Shown here: piece by piece, positions 13,810-25,797 of the stretch | Position numbering within the stretch: the stretch's first letter is position 1 | Layout: every line of letters begins with the position of its first letter | Assembly (NCBI RefSeq): GCF_006345805.1 | Contig: NC_043020.1 | Coordinates: 2,418,001-2,482,000 of the forward strand | Origin: Octopus sinensis | Taxonomy: Eukaryota | Direction: 5' to 3' | Length of the DNA stretch: 64,000 nucleotides | Position numbers and translations under genes: made by a program | Notes under the pieces: generated by a model | The model's input: the letters and a program-made list of their open reading frames with translations, nothing else | Databases searched by the model: none | What the model was told of the DNA's origin: nothing

Positions 13810-14964
13810 CATACTTGTGAGTGTGTGTGTGTCTGTATTTATGTGTGTTGTTATGTGTCCACAGATATAAGGAGTATAAAAATACACACATCTATCTATA
13901 TATATATATTTTATATAGTGCTTTCAATGCAGCACATTAAAGGCACCCATCACACACTGTACAGTGGTTGGTGTTAGGAAGGGCATCCAGCCCATAGAAA
14001 CCAAGTCAAATCAGAATGGAACCTGGAGCAGCTCTCCGGCTTGTCAGCTGTGGTCAAACCGTCCAACCCATGCCTGCATTGAAAACGGGTGTTAAATGAT
14101 GAAGATGTTGATGATGATGATGATGGTGGCATTAAATGTTAGTTGGTTATGCGTTCATATTGTCAAACCGTAAGTTCCTGATTATGGTATGTAAACCGTG
14201 AGAATGTTGCCAAGACTTTAGCACCAACTGTTGCACTTGGCAATATTGACGTCTCTTCAAACCTGCTGACCAGATGGGCCAAGTGCTTCCGGTCAGTGCA
14301 TAAAACACTTATCAATATTGGCCAGTGCAATACTGACACAAAACTGTCAGCACCATTCTCAGTAGTTATATGCCATATTCAAGAATATATTGCTCAACCA
14401 TGTGTTGTGTGTGTGTTTTAGTTTATATGAGGTCGTATTTGGCTCCCATTTGCTGGTCTGTAAACAATGCCATCTTGATGGTATTGCTGGCAGTCCACCA
14501 TGAAATCAGGTCTAAGCTTTTTGACATATTCTTTTATATTTTATTTTACTTGTTTCAGTCATTTGGCAACGGCCGTGCTGGTGCACTGCTTTAAATGGTT
14601 TCAGTCAAAGAAATCGACCCCCAGAACTTATTTTTTGTTAGCCTAGCACTTATTCTATCAGTCTCTTTTGCCAAGCAATGGGGTGGGGGACAAACACAGA
14701 CACAAAAACACACACACACACACATATATATACATATACCATAAGGGCATCCAGCTGTAAAATCCTGCCAAAACAGTCACAGAAGTCTGGTGCAGGCTTC
14801 TGTCTCATCGCCTCTTGTGAAAACATCCCACCCATGCCAGCATAGAAGACAGATGTTAAACGATGATGATATATATATTTATTTATGTATTTATATATAT
14901 ATATAAATATATATATATACACACACACACATATATATATATATAGGTATGTGTGTGTGTGTGT

Positions 14965-15186
14965 ATATATATAAATTCCGAAAGAACAAGGAACAAACAA
15001 CAAAACAACACAAGCATGTGGTACCCGCAAGGTATTGGCAGACACTCAGGGAAGGAAAGAAAGGTGGGCTTATATTTCGAGCAAAGCTCTTCATCAGAAA
15101 CAGGAAACGGAGGGAAAGTCCAAGAGAAAAGGAAGACGGAGAAAGAAAAAAAAATCGCCAATGATCCACATGTGGTTACATTTTGA
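14965..15186 (-). mobile_element. Short dispersed repeat F1 with minimal hammerhead motif CTGATGA-A-GAGC-ttt-GCTC-GAAA
   Basis: Homologous copy at 16875-17065 (+) shares the terminus tcaaaatgt...ttggcgatttttt. Confidence 0.65.
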
Positions 15187-15455
15187 AATATATATATTGT
15201 TGTATTTTGGGATCGTCATTTTATTTACTTTTTTTTTTTTTTTGCCACATGATTTCACATCACGAATCTTGCAAAACGAATCGATAAACGTATGTGTATG
15301 TATATGTGTGTGTGTATGTATATATATATGTGTGTGTGTATGTATACATACATGGAAAACGGAGGCTAAATGATGATATACATACATGCAGACAGATGGA
15401 CAGAGATAGATGGATAGATAGAAAGATATACACATATATACATACACACATCATA

Positions 15456-15497
<42 letters not shown>

Positions 15498-16164
15498 TGT
15501 GTTTTCCATGTTTCTGTTTGTCTCATACTCATACACACCAAAACTTGACAAATGGTGTTGGTTTGTTTATGTTCCCATAACTGAGCAGTTCAGCAAAAAA
15601 TAAAAGAACTGGGGTCAATTTATTCGACTAAACCCTTCAGTACAGTGCCCCCCCCCAATCATGACTGCAGTCCAATGACTGAAAACGGTGGAAGACAAAA
15701 GATTGTTTGTTTATGCTATTTTTTTTCTTTTAATTTATGCAAATATGTAATTGAATTTATGTATAGACACAGACAAATCAAAAAATATTTTCTGTATTTT
15801 CTGCATATTTGGGTCTATATGCATGAATATGCTTGCATACACGCTTGTGTTCAGTCAATAGATATATATATACATTTCTTTTGAAGACGAAGTGACTGTA
15901 GGTCACTGGAAAACCTACACAGAAGCCTATATTTTTAAATTGGTAAACACATGAAAAATATTGAGAATGAGTCATTGATTATTTAATTATTAAAAACAAC
16001 AAACAGGAGCCTTCTATACATCTGTATGTATATAAGCAAATGCAGGAGTGTATACGTATATGTGAGTGTGCAGATAGATATATATATATATATGTAAATG
16101 CAAATTCATGGACAGGCAAATAGACAGACAGACAGACAGATAGGTATGCAGGCGTATATGTTTT

Positions 16165-16376
16165 TTTAGTTGTTTCAGTCATTTCACTGCGGCCATGCTG
16201 GAGCACCACCTTCAGTCGAACTAATGGAGCCCAGGACTTATTCTTTGTAAGCCTTAGTGCTTATTCTATCGGTCTCTTTTGCTGAACTGCTAGGTTATGG
16301 GGACGTAAACACACCAGCATCGGTTGTCAAGCAATGGTGGAGGGGACAAACACAGACACAAATAACACACACACAC

Positions 16377-16416
<40 letters not shown>

Positions 16417-16420
16417 TACA

Positions 16421-16456
<36 letters not shown>

Positions 16457-16720
16457 TATATATATTCATTTCATCTAGTTTCAGCTCACAAGTTGTGGCC
16501 ATGCTGGGGCACCGCCATTCGGTGTTGCTACATGATTTTACTTCACGAATGCTTTTTAGCAATTGACATTTGGTGCATGAGAGAGTTCGATGCAGCTGCC
16601 CTCATCTGCCCCTCCTGCCGTGAAGTTGGTTCATCTGGGACACCTGACAGGAAGGGGTCCAGCTTCATTTTGAAGACATCTGCACCCACCCCATGCAGGT
16701 CTCTCAGGTCTTTCGGGAGG

Positions 16721-16759
<39 letters not shown>

Positions 16760-16815
16760 ACGGGCTTCTTTTACTGTTTCTGTCTACCGAATCCTCTCAC
16801 AAGGCTTTGGTCAGT
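16165..16815 (-). mobile_element. SINE family A split by a nested LINE insertion
   Basis: SINE 3' half at 16165-16370 and central body at 16757-16815, separated by microsatellite and a CR1-like fragment. Confidence 0.7.
16466..16720 (-). mobile_element. CR1-clade LINE 3' end
   Basis: Translates to ILPKDLRDLHGVGADVFKMKLDPFLSGVPDEPTSRQEGQMRAAASNSLMHQ, resembling the CR1 ORF2 C-terminus (N.LP....FK.KLD.FL), followed by a short 3' UTR. Confidence 0.7.
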
Positions 16816-16874
16816 ATACATACATACATACATATATATATATATATATTATATATATATATATATATTATATA

Positions 16875-17065
16875 TCAAAATGTGACCTTGTGTGTACCGT
16901 TGGCGATTTTTTTTCCTCTGTCTTCCCTTCTCCTATGTTTCCGACGAAGAGCTCTGCTCAAAACGTTAAACCCTCCTTCTTCCCTTCTTTCCTGAGTGTC
17001 CAATAATACTATACTTGTTCCACGTCCTCGCATTGTTGTGGTTTTTTTTTGTGTTTTCTTGTTTG
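16875..17065 (+). mobile_element. Short dispersed repeat F1, second copy
   Basis: Homologous to 14965-15186; hammerhead-like motif at 16937-16971. Confidence 0.65.
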
Positions 17066-17100
17066 GATTAACTTTGTATATATATATATATATATAAAAC

Positions 17101-17435
17101 CTTTTACTTGTTTCAGTCATTTGACAGTGGACATGCTGGAGCAGCACCTTGAATGGTTTTAGTTGAACAAATCGACCCCATGACTATTTTTCTTTTTTTC
17201 TTAAGCAGAGTACTTCTTCTATTGGTCTCTTTTGACGAGCTGCTAAGTTACAGAGAACACAAACACAGCATTACAAGTTATCAAGTGGGTGGGGGAAAAC
17301 AAACACAGTCACAAAGACACGCACACACACAGATATATACATATATATATACATGACGGGTTTCATTCAGTTTCCGTCTACCAAATCCACTCACAAGGCT
17401 TTGGTCGGCCTGAGGCTATAGTACAAGACACTTGC
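17101..17435 (-). mobile_element. SINE family A, partial
   Basis: Tail and body match 39386-39788. Confidence 0.8.
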
Positions 17436-18800
17436 CCATGGTCCACTAGAGCTAATTTTTCGGTGATATATATATATATATATATAAAACAAACAATAGA
17501 AAAGGAGAATGGAATAGATGGGGAAACTTTATTGCTCACAACGATCGTTTCAACATATCCTGCATCAGTCCTTTGCAGGTTGGAAACTACACAACTACTT
17601 GTGGTGCATCCCTCAGTGCTGAAGGGTCTTGTCATGTGACTTAATAGGGGATATCTCATTAAATGAACTCTGTTTCACTCAGATTTGATACAGCTCAACA
17701 CCGCATTAGTGGATCAATATTCTGAATCCGGAACCATGTGGTTGGTAAGCAAGCTACTTATCACACAGTCACTCCTGTGCCTATATATATACACACAGAC
17801 ACACATCTATAATAATAAAAGTGAAAGCAAATCTTAGTGTGTCAGTGTGTCACACTTTTTCAACTTCACTCCTCCAAACCCCTCTCTCACTATTCAATGA
17901 CACTTCTACCATTCCTCATCTTTTACCCCTCTCTCACTATTCGATCCCCATATACTGCATTAATATTCCTCGCATTTTCTATTGCATGGTTGCCTTTATT
18001 GAACTCATCATCACCATCATCATCGTTTAATATCCGCTTTCCATGCTAGCAATGGGTTGGACGGTTTTGACTAAAGTCTAGCGAACCAGATGGCTGCACC
18101 AGGCTCCAGACTTGATCTGGCAGTGTTTCTACAGCTGGATGCCCTTCCTAACGCCAACCACTCCGAGAGCGTAGTGGGTGCTTTTTACGTGCCACCTGCA
18201 CGGACGTGCCACTTTCAGAAAGCAAAATATGCCAAATATGCTCCTTTGTCACTGCTATTATAGCTTTGGAAAAATAACTGTTAAAATCGAACTGCACTCT
18301 TCAAAACTTGCACTAAGAATAAGGGCAAGGTAAAAATTACTACCTGCTTTTATAGCAAGTTGATGCAGGTAGATTATCCCATCCACCTCCGACTTTTAGT
18401 TCATGCAATTGAAAAAACCGCATTATTTATGGGATGACCCAAAATATACATGCGTGTGTGTATATGGACATATAGGTATATGTAATAAATGCAGAAATAC
18501 ATACATGTGTATACCTCCTCACAAACACTCTTTCATAACACCTTCCTAAAACACACATGCACTAACATCCCACACCCCTACTAACCTTCACCACTACACT
18601 TCCACACTCAATGCCTTTCACACACACACACACACACACACCACCCTGAAATACACATCCACCACTTTTCCTATTCCCCACTTATGCCTGCTTCCAGGCA
18701 TAGATGCACTCTTATCGAAACCTCTGCACCATCCTTCCTTCTTCACTCACCTCCATAAAACAGCATTTATACTTCATTTTCAAACCTTAACCCTGTCAGC

Positions 18801-18832
<32 letters not shown>

Positions 18833-18836
18833 TTAT

Positions 18837-18869
<33 letters not shown>

Positions 18870-19025
18870 GTATGATATTTCTTTTTTTTCTTCTGATGAA
18901 GGCCTACTGTCTGAAACATGTGATGCTTTCTCTTTACATTAATGCAATCAGTAAGCTAATTAATTATCCTATTTGTGAAACCATTTCTTTTCTGTGCCAT
19001 CTTTTTTTTTACTGTAATAACACTA

Positions 19026-19063
<38 letters not shown>

Positions 19064-19090
19064 TATATATATATACACACACATATATAT

Positions 19091-19319
19091 ATTTCATTAT
19101 TGCCCACAAGGGGCTAAACATAGAGAGGACAAACAAGGTCAGACAAAGGGATTAAGTCAATTACATCGACCCCAGTGCATATCTGGTACTTAATTTATCA
19201 ACCCCGAAAGGATGAAAGGCAAAGTCAACCTCAGCGGAATTTGAACTCACAACATAACAGCAGACGATACGGCTACACATTTCGCCCAGCGTGCTAACGT
19301 TTCTGCCAGCTCGCCACCT
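19091..19319 (-). mobile_element. tRNA-derived SINE, family B (MetaSINE-like central domain)
   Basis: Reverse complement of 31441-31672. Confidence 0.85.
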
Positions 19320-19644
19320 TCTATATATATATACACACACACACACGCATATTCTTTTACTTGTTTCAGTCATTTGACTGTGGCCATGCTAGAGCACCGC
19401 CTTTAGTCAAGCTAATCAAGCCCAGGGATAAAAAAATACTGAATTTCAAACATCTTTTATGGTCAAATATGTTTAGTGCAATTCCAAACCATAAAAATCA
19501 GACTTTAAAATAGTGTTTAGCAACAGTGACGTAATTTTCCTTCAAGCTTCGAACAGGAGTTTAGATATAGTTAGTTACATGGCCATGTAGGGGGACATGG
19601 AGTTATGTACAGGGTGGTGTTCATGTTAAGAGTTCAGGCCACTT

Positions 19645-19743
19645 GTGGTCAAGAGAGACTTTGAACCGAGTGGTCATCGGCATCTTCACTATCTTGTCCG
19701 GCAGCTTATTCCACGGATCTGCAACCCGGACAGAGAAAGCCCC
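19645..19743 (-). mobile_element. CR1-like LINE ORF2 C-terminal remnant
   Basis: Translates to AFSVRVADPWNKLPDKIVKMPMTTRFKVSLD, resembling the CR1 motif FS.RV...WN.LP..VV......FK..LD. Confidence 0.65.
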
Positions 19744-19861
19744 TACCAGCTGCTACAAATAATTGTTTGTATGAAAAGTGAGGCCCCACCTACATCAAAT
19801 TGTCTTTAAATGAAGTGGTAGTAGAAGAATTATCATTGAACATTTAAAAGGCAAGTTTATT

Positions 19862-19978
19862 GCTGCCTATGGCCAGCTATATGTTGGTTGTTGAAGGGTA
19901 GGGAATGGAAACAATCTGATTGTACTGACCCCGAATGGGAAGACAACAAATGTTCTTTATCCTGCAGTTTTGCAATAA
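19862..19978 (+). mobile_element. Helitron RepHel helicase C-terminal remnant
   Basis: Translates to AAYGQLYVGC*RVGNGNNLIVLTPNGKTTNVLYPAVLQ*, matching the HGQLYVAxSRV...GKT.N.VY end of Helitron PIF1-like helicases; one internal stop. Confidence 0.75.
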
Positions 19979-20071
19979 GTTCCAAGACAACAAATTATAT
20001 CATAGTTTTGATGAAAATTGTTCATTGCTTGGAAAATATTGTTTAATGAAATTTCTTATATATAAGTCTAA

Positions 20072-20292
20072 CCCTTTCATTACCAACCCGGCTGAAACCG
20101 GCTCTGGCTCTGTAGTACAAATGTCTTGTTTTCATAAGTTATGAATTAAAATCTTTCACCAAACCTTAGTCACAATTTATGTTCCTAACACTAGCTGAAT
20201 GATACCCAAGTTATTTTAGTAAATTCTTTGTTATATTTAAAATAATTAAAAGAAACACAGAGCATCTCAAAATAAATACAGTAACGAAAGGG
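20072..20292. mobile_element. piggyBac-like MITE
   Basis: TIRs CCCTTTCATTAC / GTAACGAAAGGG flanked by CTAA and TTAA. Truncated second copy at about 62390-62578. Confidence 0.7.
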
Positions 20293-21414
20293 TTAATGAA
20301 ATTTCATATATGCTCTATGCATGAAGCGTCATTGTTGGGCCCAAGGCCCAATGAAGAGCCCTCCACAACTTCACGTGTGTTTCGGAAAACCTAACATATG
20401 TATTAACTTGCTCAAGGTTTCGAGAGCAATACTTAAGCCATTGGCACCTGTGCACACATACTGAGGAAAGCTGCCTCCAGTTCTACACAAGTTGTGTGCC
20501 TTGGGACCACCTGGTTAAGCCATCACTGGATTTCACCCCAAATGTGTTCAGTTGGGTTTAAATCTGGGCTGAAAGCTAGCCACGGCATATAATATATATA
20601 TACATACACATATGATATATATATACACACACACACAATATATATATATATATCATATGTTGCAGGCAATCTTTCTACAAATTTAGTAACCCCATTTATG
20701 AACTGCTACAGGGTAGAGGGGGTGGTTTAACTTTGCACTACAATGAATCTCTATAAAACAAGTGATGGGATAATATACACCCACACCACACTAATGAATA
20801 AAACCAGTAACAGAATAGGAAGAAAAAACAACTAATTTATTTTGTACAGCATGTGCAATTACATGGGCCAATGATTTTTTTTTTATTATTGTAAATGCAT
20901 AATCAGCTGCCAAGACAATGTGGTACCAGTTTGTCCAATATAACATTTACAATCATAAATTTGACAACTTTCATATTTGCATAGAAATTCATGTAATACA
21001 TTAACAGCTTACAAACTTGTTTGAGTTTTTTTTTCCATATTTATGGAATCTTGCATGCTTGTAATGTGTTATTAAAGCTAGTTTGCGGTCGGATATTATT
21101 CTTGACATGTTATGTTTGATGAGAATTTTTGTTTTACGTTTCATTCATCTATTCTATAGCAATGGTGCATTTGATTCATATAATATACAATATGTCTGTT
21201 GTTTTACTGCATACAAATTGATTCTGACTTATTCTATAGTTCAGGCTATTATTGCTATACGTCTAACTGCCCAGTATTTGTTACATCCTGTTATTTCTTT
21301 GACAGAGCTAGCTTCTGTGGAATAAAACATGAAATGCACTCTATAAAGTAGTTGGCAAACCAACTGAAGGCAATGTAAAAGTTTGAAAAGAGTATTTAGT
21401 CTTTATTTATTCCC

Positions 21415-21715
21415 CCTTTTCAAGCCTAGCCAGGCTCATGGGCCAAGTTTCCTGGTTTCTATGGCGTATGTGTTCCCCCCAGCTGGATGGGGCGCCAGTC
21501 CATTGCAGTGTTACTCAAGAAACAGGAAGAGAAAGTGAGAGAAACTTGTGGCGAAAAAGTACAACAGGGGTCGCCACCCCCACCCCCTGCCGGAGCCTCA
21601 TGGAGCTTTTAGGTGTTTTTGCTCAATAAACACACACAATGCCTGGTCTGGGAATCGAAACCGCGATCCTCCAACCACAAGTCCGCTGCCCTAACCACTG
21701 GGCCATTGCGCCTCC
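21415..21715 (-). mobile_element. tRNA-derived SINE, family D (tail type 1)
   Basis: Head ggaggcgcaaTGGCCCAGTGGttagggcagcgg with B box GGTTTCGATTCCC. Confidence 0.85.
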
Positions 21716-23589
21716 TGAGGGCAAAACAACAGGTTCTTTCTTTAGTTGGCAATACCTGAATGAAGACTTGTGGTTATAGAATCTTTTTTGAAGTTATCTC
21801 CACACATACCAATGCATTTTTTCTTATCGGTCATTATATTTGACATACTTGCAGTGACCTCATACATGTGCCTGAGATGACTTCGTACATGACTTTACAA
21901 GCCTGATCAGTAGGCACAAAAGTAGATTTCCACAAGTGAAATCTGGAATAGTCCATTTGGTAAGTCAGGGACTGCAAATATAGCTAAGCTTTGGAGAATA
22001 CTTTTAAAGATTTTTTGCATATCTATGGACTTCCAGGAAATGCTTTTCTGGTAGATCAAGGAAATTTTTTCATGCATTAGTTTTTCATACTTAAAGAAAA
22101 CAGTTGGGCAGACCATATTATTTTCCTAGGTCAATTCTTAGGCCATGAATTTAAGTTGTCAAGAGTATAAGAGATGCTATCAATGAATCAACTATCTGCA
22201 ATAGTAGTATGGTGTTGCTTTCTCAAACATTTCACCTCTTTATGCCAGACTGATATAATCCTCCACATGCTATGGAACTTTTCACCAGAAATCATTTACA
22301 TGCAGTGGTTTTAGAAAAGGACGGATACCAAAACAATAGTAACTAATGATACAAATGAACTAAGCTCATTCTCCATTTTCTTAATTATATTGCATGTGAC
22401 TCTTTTATAAGGCTCCCACATCACTTTCACCAGTTCGACTTTCAATTTCCTCAAGGTTTCCATTTGAGAGTGAAAATAGCCAGGGCTTCAGGCTGAGTGC
22501 GCCATTCAGATTACACCAACATTTTTACTCTATCAGAACCTACACTCTACACACGAATATATACACTCACACACATATGTATATGTATAAGTATACATAT
22601 ACATATATATATATATCAAAATAAGCAACAAGGATATCCAAAGTAGAGTAGTACAATCGTTTCATGCTACTTTATTTTATTAAACACTGTAAGTATTACA
22701 TCAGTTTTAAAATGTCGAGCAATCTTCAGCCACATATAGAATTTTCCAATTAAATGGACAATGCACATTCTTATCCCTATTTCATGTTGCTCCAGTTCAC
22801 TCAGCTGTAAAAATGAGTTGCAATGTAACTGGTGCAAAACTATGTCAGCCTCTGCCTTTCCCTTGGATAACATCGGTGGCATGGAGAGGGGAGGCTGGTA
22901 TGCATGGGCAAGTTGCTAGTCTTCCCTAAACAACTTTGGCTGAACTTGGGGCAATCCCATAGTCATACATGACCAAAGGGGGCATCTTTACCCTTTATAT
23001 ATATAGAGATATGTGTGCATGATGGGCTTCTTTCAGTTTCTGCCTACCAAATCCACTCACAAGGCTTTGGTCGACACAAGGTTACAGTTACAGTAGAAGT
23101 CACTTGCCCAAAGTTACACGCAGTGGGACTGAACCCTGAACCATGTAATTGGAAAGCAAGCTTCTTACCACACAGCCACACCTGCACCCAAAATAATAAT
23201 TTTTTTCCCATGTAACACAAAACATATGGGCTGCATCGAGGCAAATTTATGAGGAAATTTACAGTCTTCAGTGTTTAATATCTCTATTAAATGTCTAACT
23301 GTCTGAGACGAGTTGTTGTTAATGCGATTATAAATTTTCAGGCAATTAATCTTATTGTTACAAAAGAAATATGGTTCTGTATTTACATCTGCTGCTGTTC
23401 TTCTTGAAAAATAAAGTCTATAGACTTGTTAAATTTTCGTTCTACCCACCCATGGATGCTTTCGGTGAAGTGGGTGAGTGATTTATGTGTAGGTGAGATA
23501 AAAAACAGATTTCCCAGAGGGGAAGGAACATTCATTTTTTTTTTTTTTTGATTTTTATTATTTTAAGACGTTTATTGACTTGTTTTTCA

Positions 23590-23827
23590 GGAAGGAGATG
23601 TAAATATTGAAAATGATAATAAAGATGATGATCATGATGACGACGACGATGATGAAGATCATAATAACAACGACGACAACGATGGCAATAACGATGATGC
23701 TAATTACGACAATATTAATAACGATAATAATAATGATGATGATAAAATAGGGAGGAGGAGAAGGAAAACAAGTGAAAGAATAACAAGGAAAAAGAATGAA
23801 GATTATTATTATGATCATCATCGACAT

Positions 23828-23860
<33 letters not shown>

Positions 23861-23925
23861 TACTGTTATTATTACCATTATTGTTATTATTATTATTATT
23901 ATTATTATCGCTGTTGTTGTTCATG
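23590..23925. repeat. (GAT/AAT/TAT)n low-complexity tract
   Basis: Visible directly. Confidence 0.9.
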
Positions 23926-24824
23926 TGTAATAAAGATGAGTTTAATAGACTGCAGCAGAACTTTATAATCTTATTAAGAATAACTCAAGTTTGACAAATC
24001 TAACAGACTCTGGACATTTTGCGCACTTCCATAATGTTCTTCTCTGATTAACTTGATAAAGATATATTCTCTTATCCTCAAGAGGATTTTAATTCTTTCT
24101 CCCCGTCTTTCTTATCTATCCATCTATCTATCAATATCTATAGCCAGATATATATACATATATGTGTATATATATATATAAACGCACACATAGACATATA
24201 TTTATAATATATGTATGTACATGTGTGTTACCATGTGTATCAAAATAATTTATTGATACAAACATATTTATATACATATATATATATATACATATATGTG
24301 TGTATGTATATATATGTGTGTATATATATATATGTATGTATATATATGTGTATATATGTATGTATGTATGTATATATATATATATAATATATATATGTAT
24401 GTATATATATATATATTATAATATATATATATATAATATATATATATATGTTTATATATATATATGTATGTATACACACACACACACATATATATATATA
24501 CATGCACTCACACATATCTATGAATATATATATATATATAGATACAATCACATATATATATGCATATATAGATATATATTATACACGCATATATACATAC
24601 ACATACATATAAATAACCATTCGCAGTAAATATATATATATGTGTGTATATATGTATGTGTGTGTGTATGTATGTTACCATGTATATCCATCAAAAAAAT
24701 CAATGAACTTGCTGATACACAAATGTCATACAGAAGGGTTAGAAAATATGCAGGAGTGGGTGTATATATATATACATACATATACATACATGTATGTCAT
24801 CATCATTATCATATAACATCTGTT

Positions 24825-25797
24825 TTTCTTATTTTTTTATTACCCACAAGGGGCTAAACATGGAGAGGACAAACAAGGACAAACAAAGGGATTAAGTCGA
24901 TTACATCGACCCCAGTGCGTAACTGGTACTTAATTTATCGACTCCGAAAGTATGAAAAGCAAAGTTGACCTCGGCAGAATTTGAACTCAGAACAGAATGG
25001 CAGACGAAATACCTATTTCTTTACTACCCACAAGGGGCTAAACACAGAGGGGACAAACAAGTGCAAACAAAGGGATTAAGTCGATTACATCGACCCCAGT
25101 GCGTAACTGGTACTTAATTTATCGACTCCGAAAGTATGAAAAGCAAAGTCGACCTCGGCAGAATTTGAACTCAGAACAGAATGGCAGACGAAATACCTAT
25201 TTCTTTACTACCCACAAGGGGCTAAACACAGAGGGGACAAACAAGTGCAAACAAAGGGATTAAGTCAATTACATCAACCCCAGTACGTAACTGGTACTTA
25301 ATTTATCGACCCCGAAAGTATGAAAAGCAAAGTCGACCTCAGCAGAATTTGAACTCAGAACGTAACGGCAGACGAAATACCTATTTCTTTACTACCCACA
25401 AGGGGCTAAACATAGAGGGGACAAACAAGGGCAAACAAAGGGATTAAGTCAATTACATCGATCCCAGTGTGTAACTGGTATTTATTTAATCAACCTCGAA
25501 AGGATGAAAGGCAAAGCCAACCTCAGCGGAATTTGAACTCAGAACAGAATGGCAGACGAAATACCTATTTCTTTACTACACACAAAGGGCTAAACACAGA
25601 GAGGACAAACAAGGACAGACAAATGGATTAAGTCGATTATATCGACCCCAGTGCATAACTGGTACTTATTTAATCGACCCCGAAAGGATGAAAGGCAAAG
25701 TCGACCTCGGTGGAATTTGAACTCAGAACGTAACGGCAGATGAAATACCGTTAAGCATTTCACCCAGCGTGCTAACATTTCTGTTAGCTCGCCACCT
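24825..25797 (-). repeat. Tandem array of five 184-bp SINE family B bodies; only the minus-strand 5'-most unit keeps the tRNA head
   Basis: The cccacaaggggctaaac anchor recurs at 24843, 25027, 25211, 25395 and 25579 (last copy diverged). The head lies at about 25745-25797. Confidence 0.9.

Noticed and set aside
17545-17590. Minus-strand CTGATGC...GAAACGATCGTT motif
   Set aside because: The core is broken (A9 missing) and stem II and stem I are poor; fossil only.
18893-18925. CTGATGA-AGGC-ctact-GTCT-GAAACATGTG hammerhead-like motif
   Set aside because: Position 17 is G and no stem I partner is present; at most a dead PLE-terminus relic.
21900-22520. Unique-looking region with short ORFs
   Set aside because: All frames are interrupted by stops and no motif is recognised; possibly an old TE, but not callable.
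24825-25797. CRISPR-like appearance of the 184-bp and 126-bp arrays
   Set aside because: The units are contiguous near-identical SINE bodies without unique spacers, there are no cas genes, and the context is eukaryotic.
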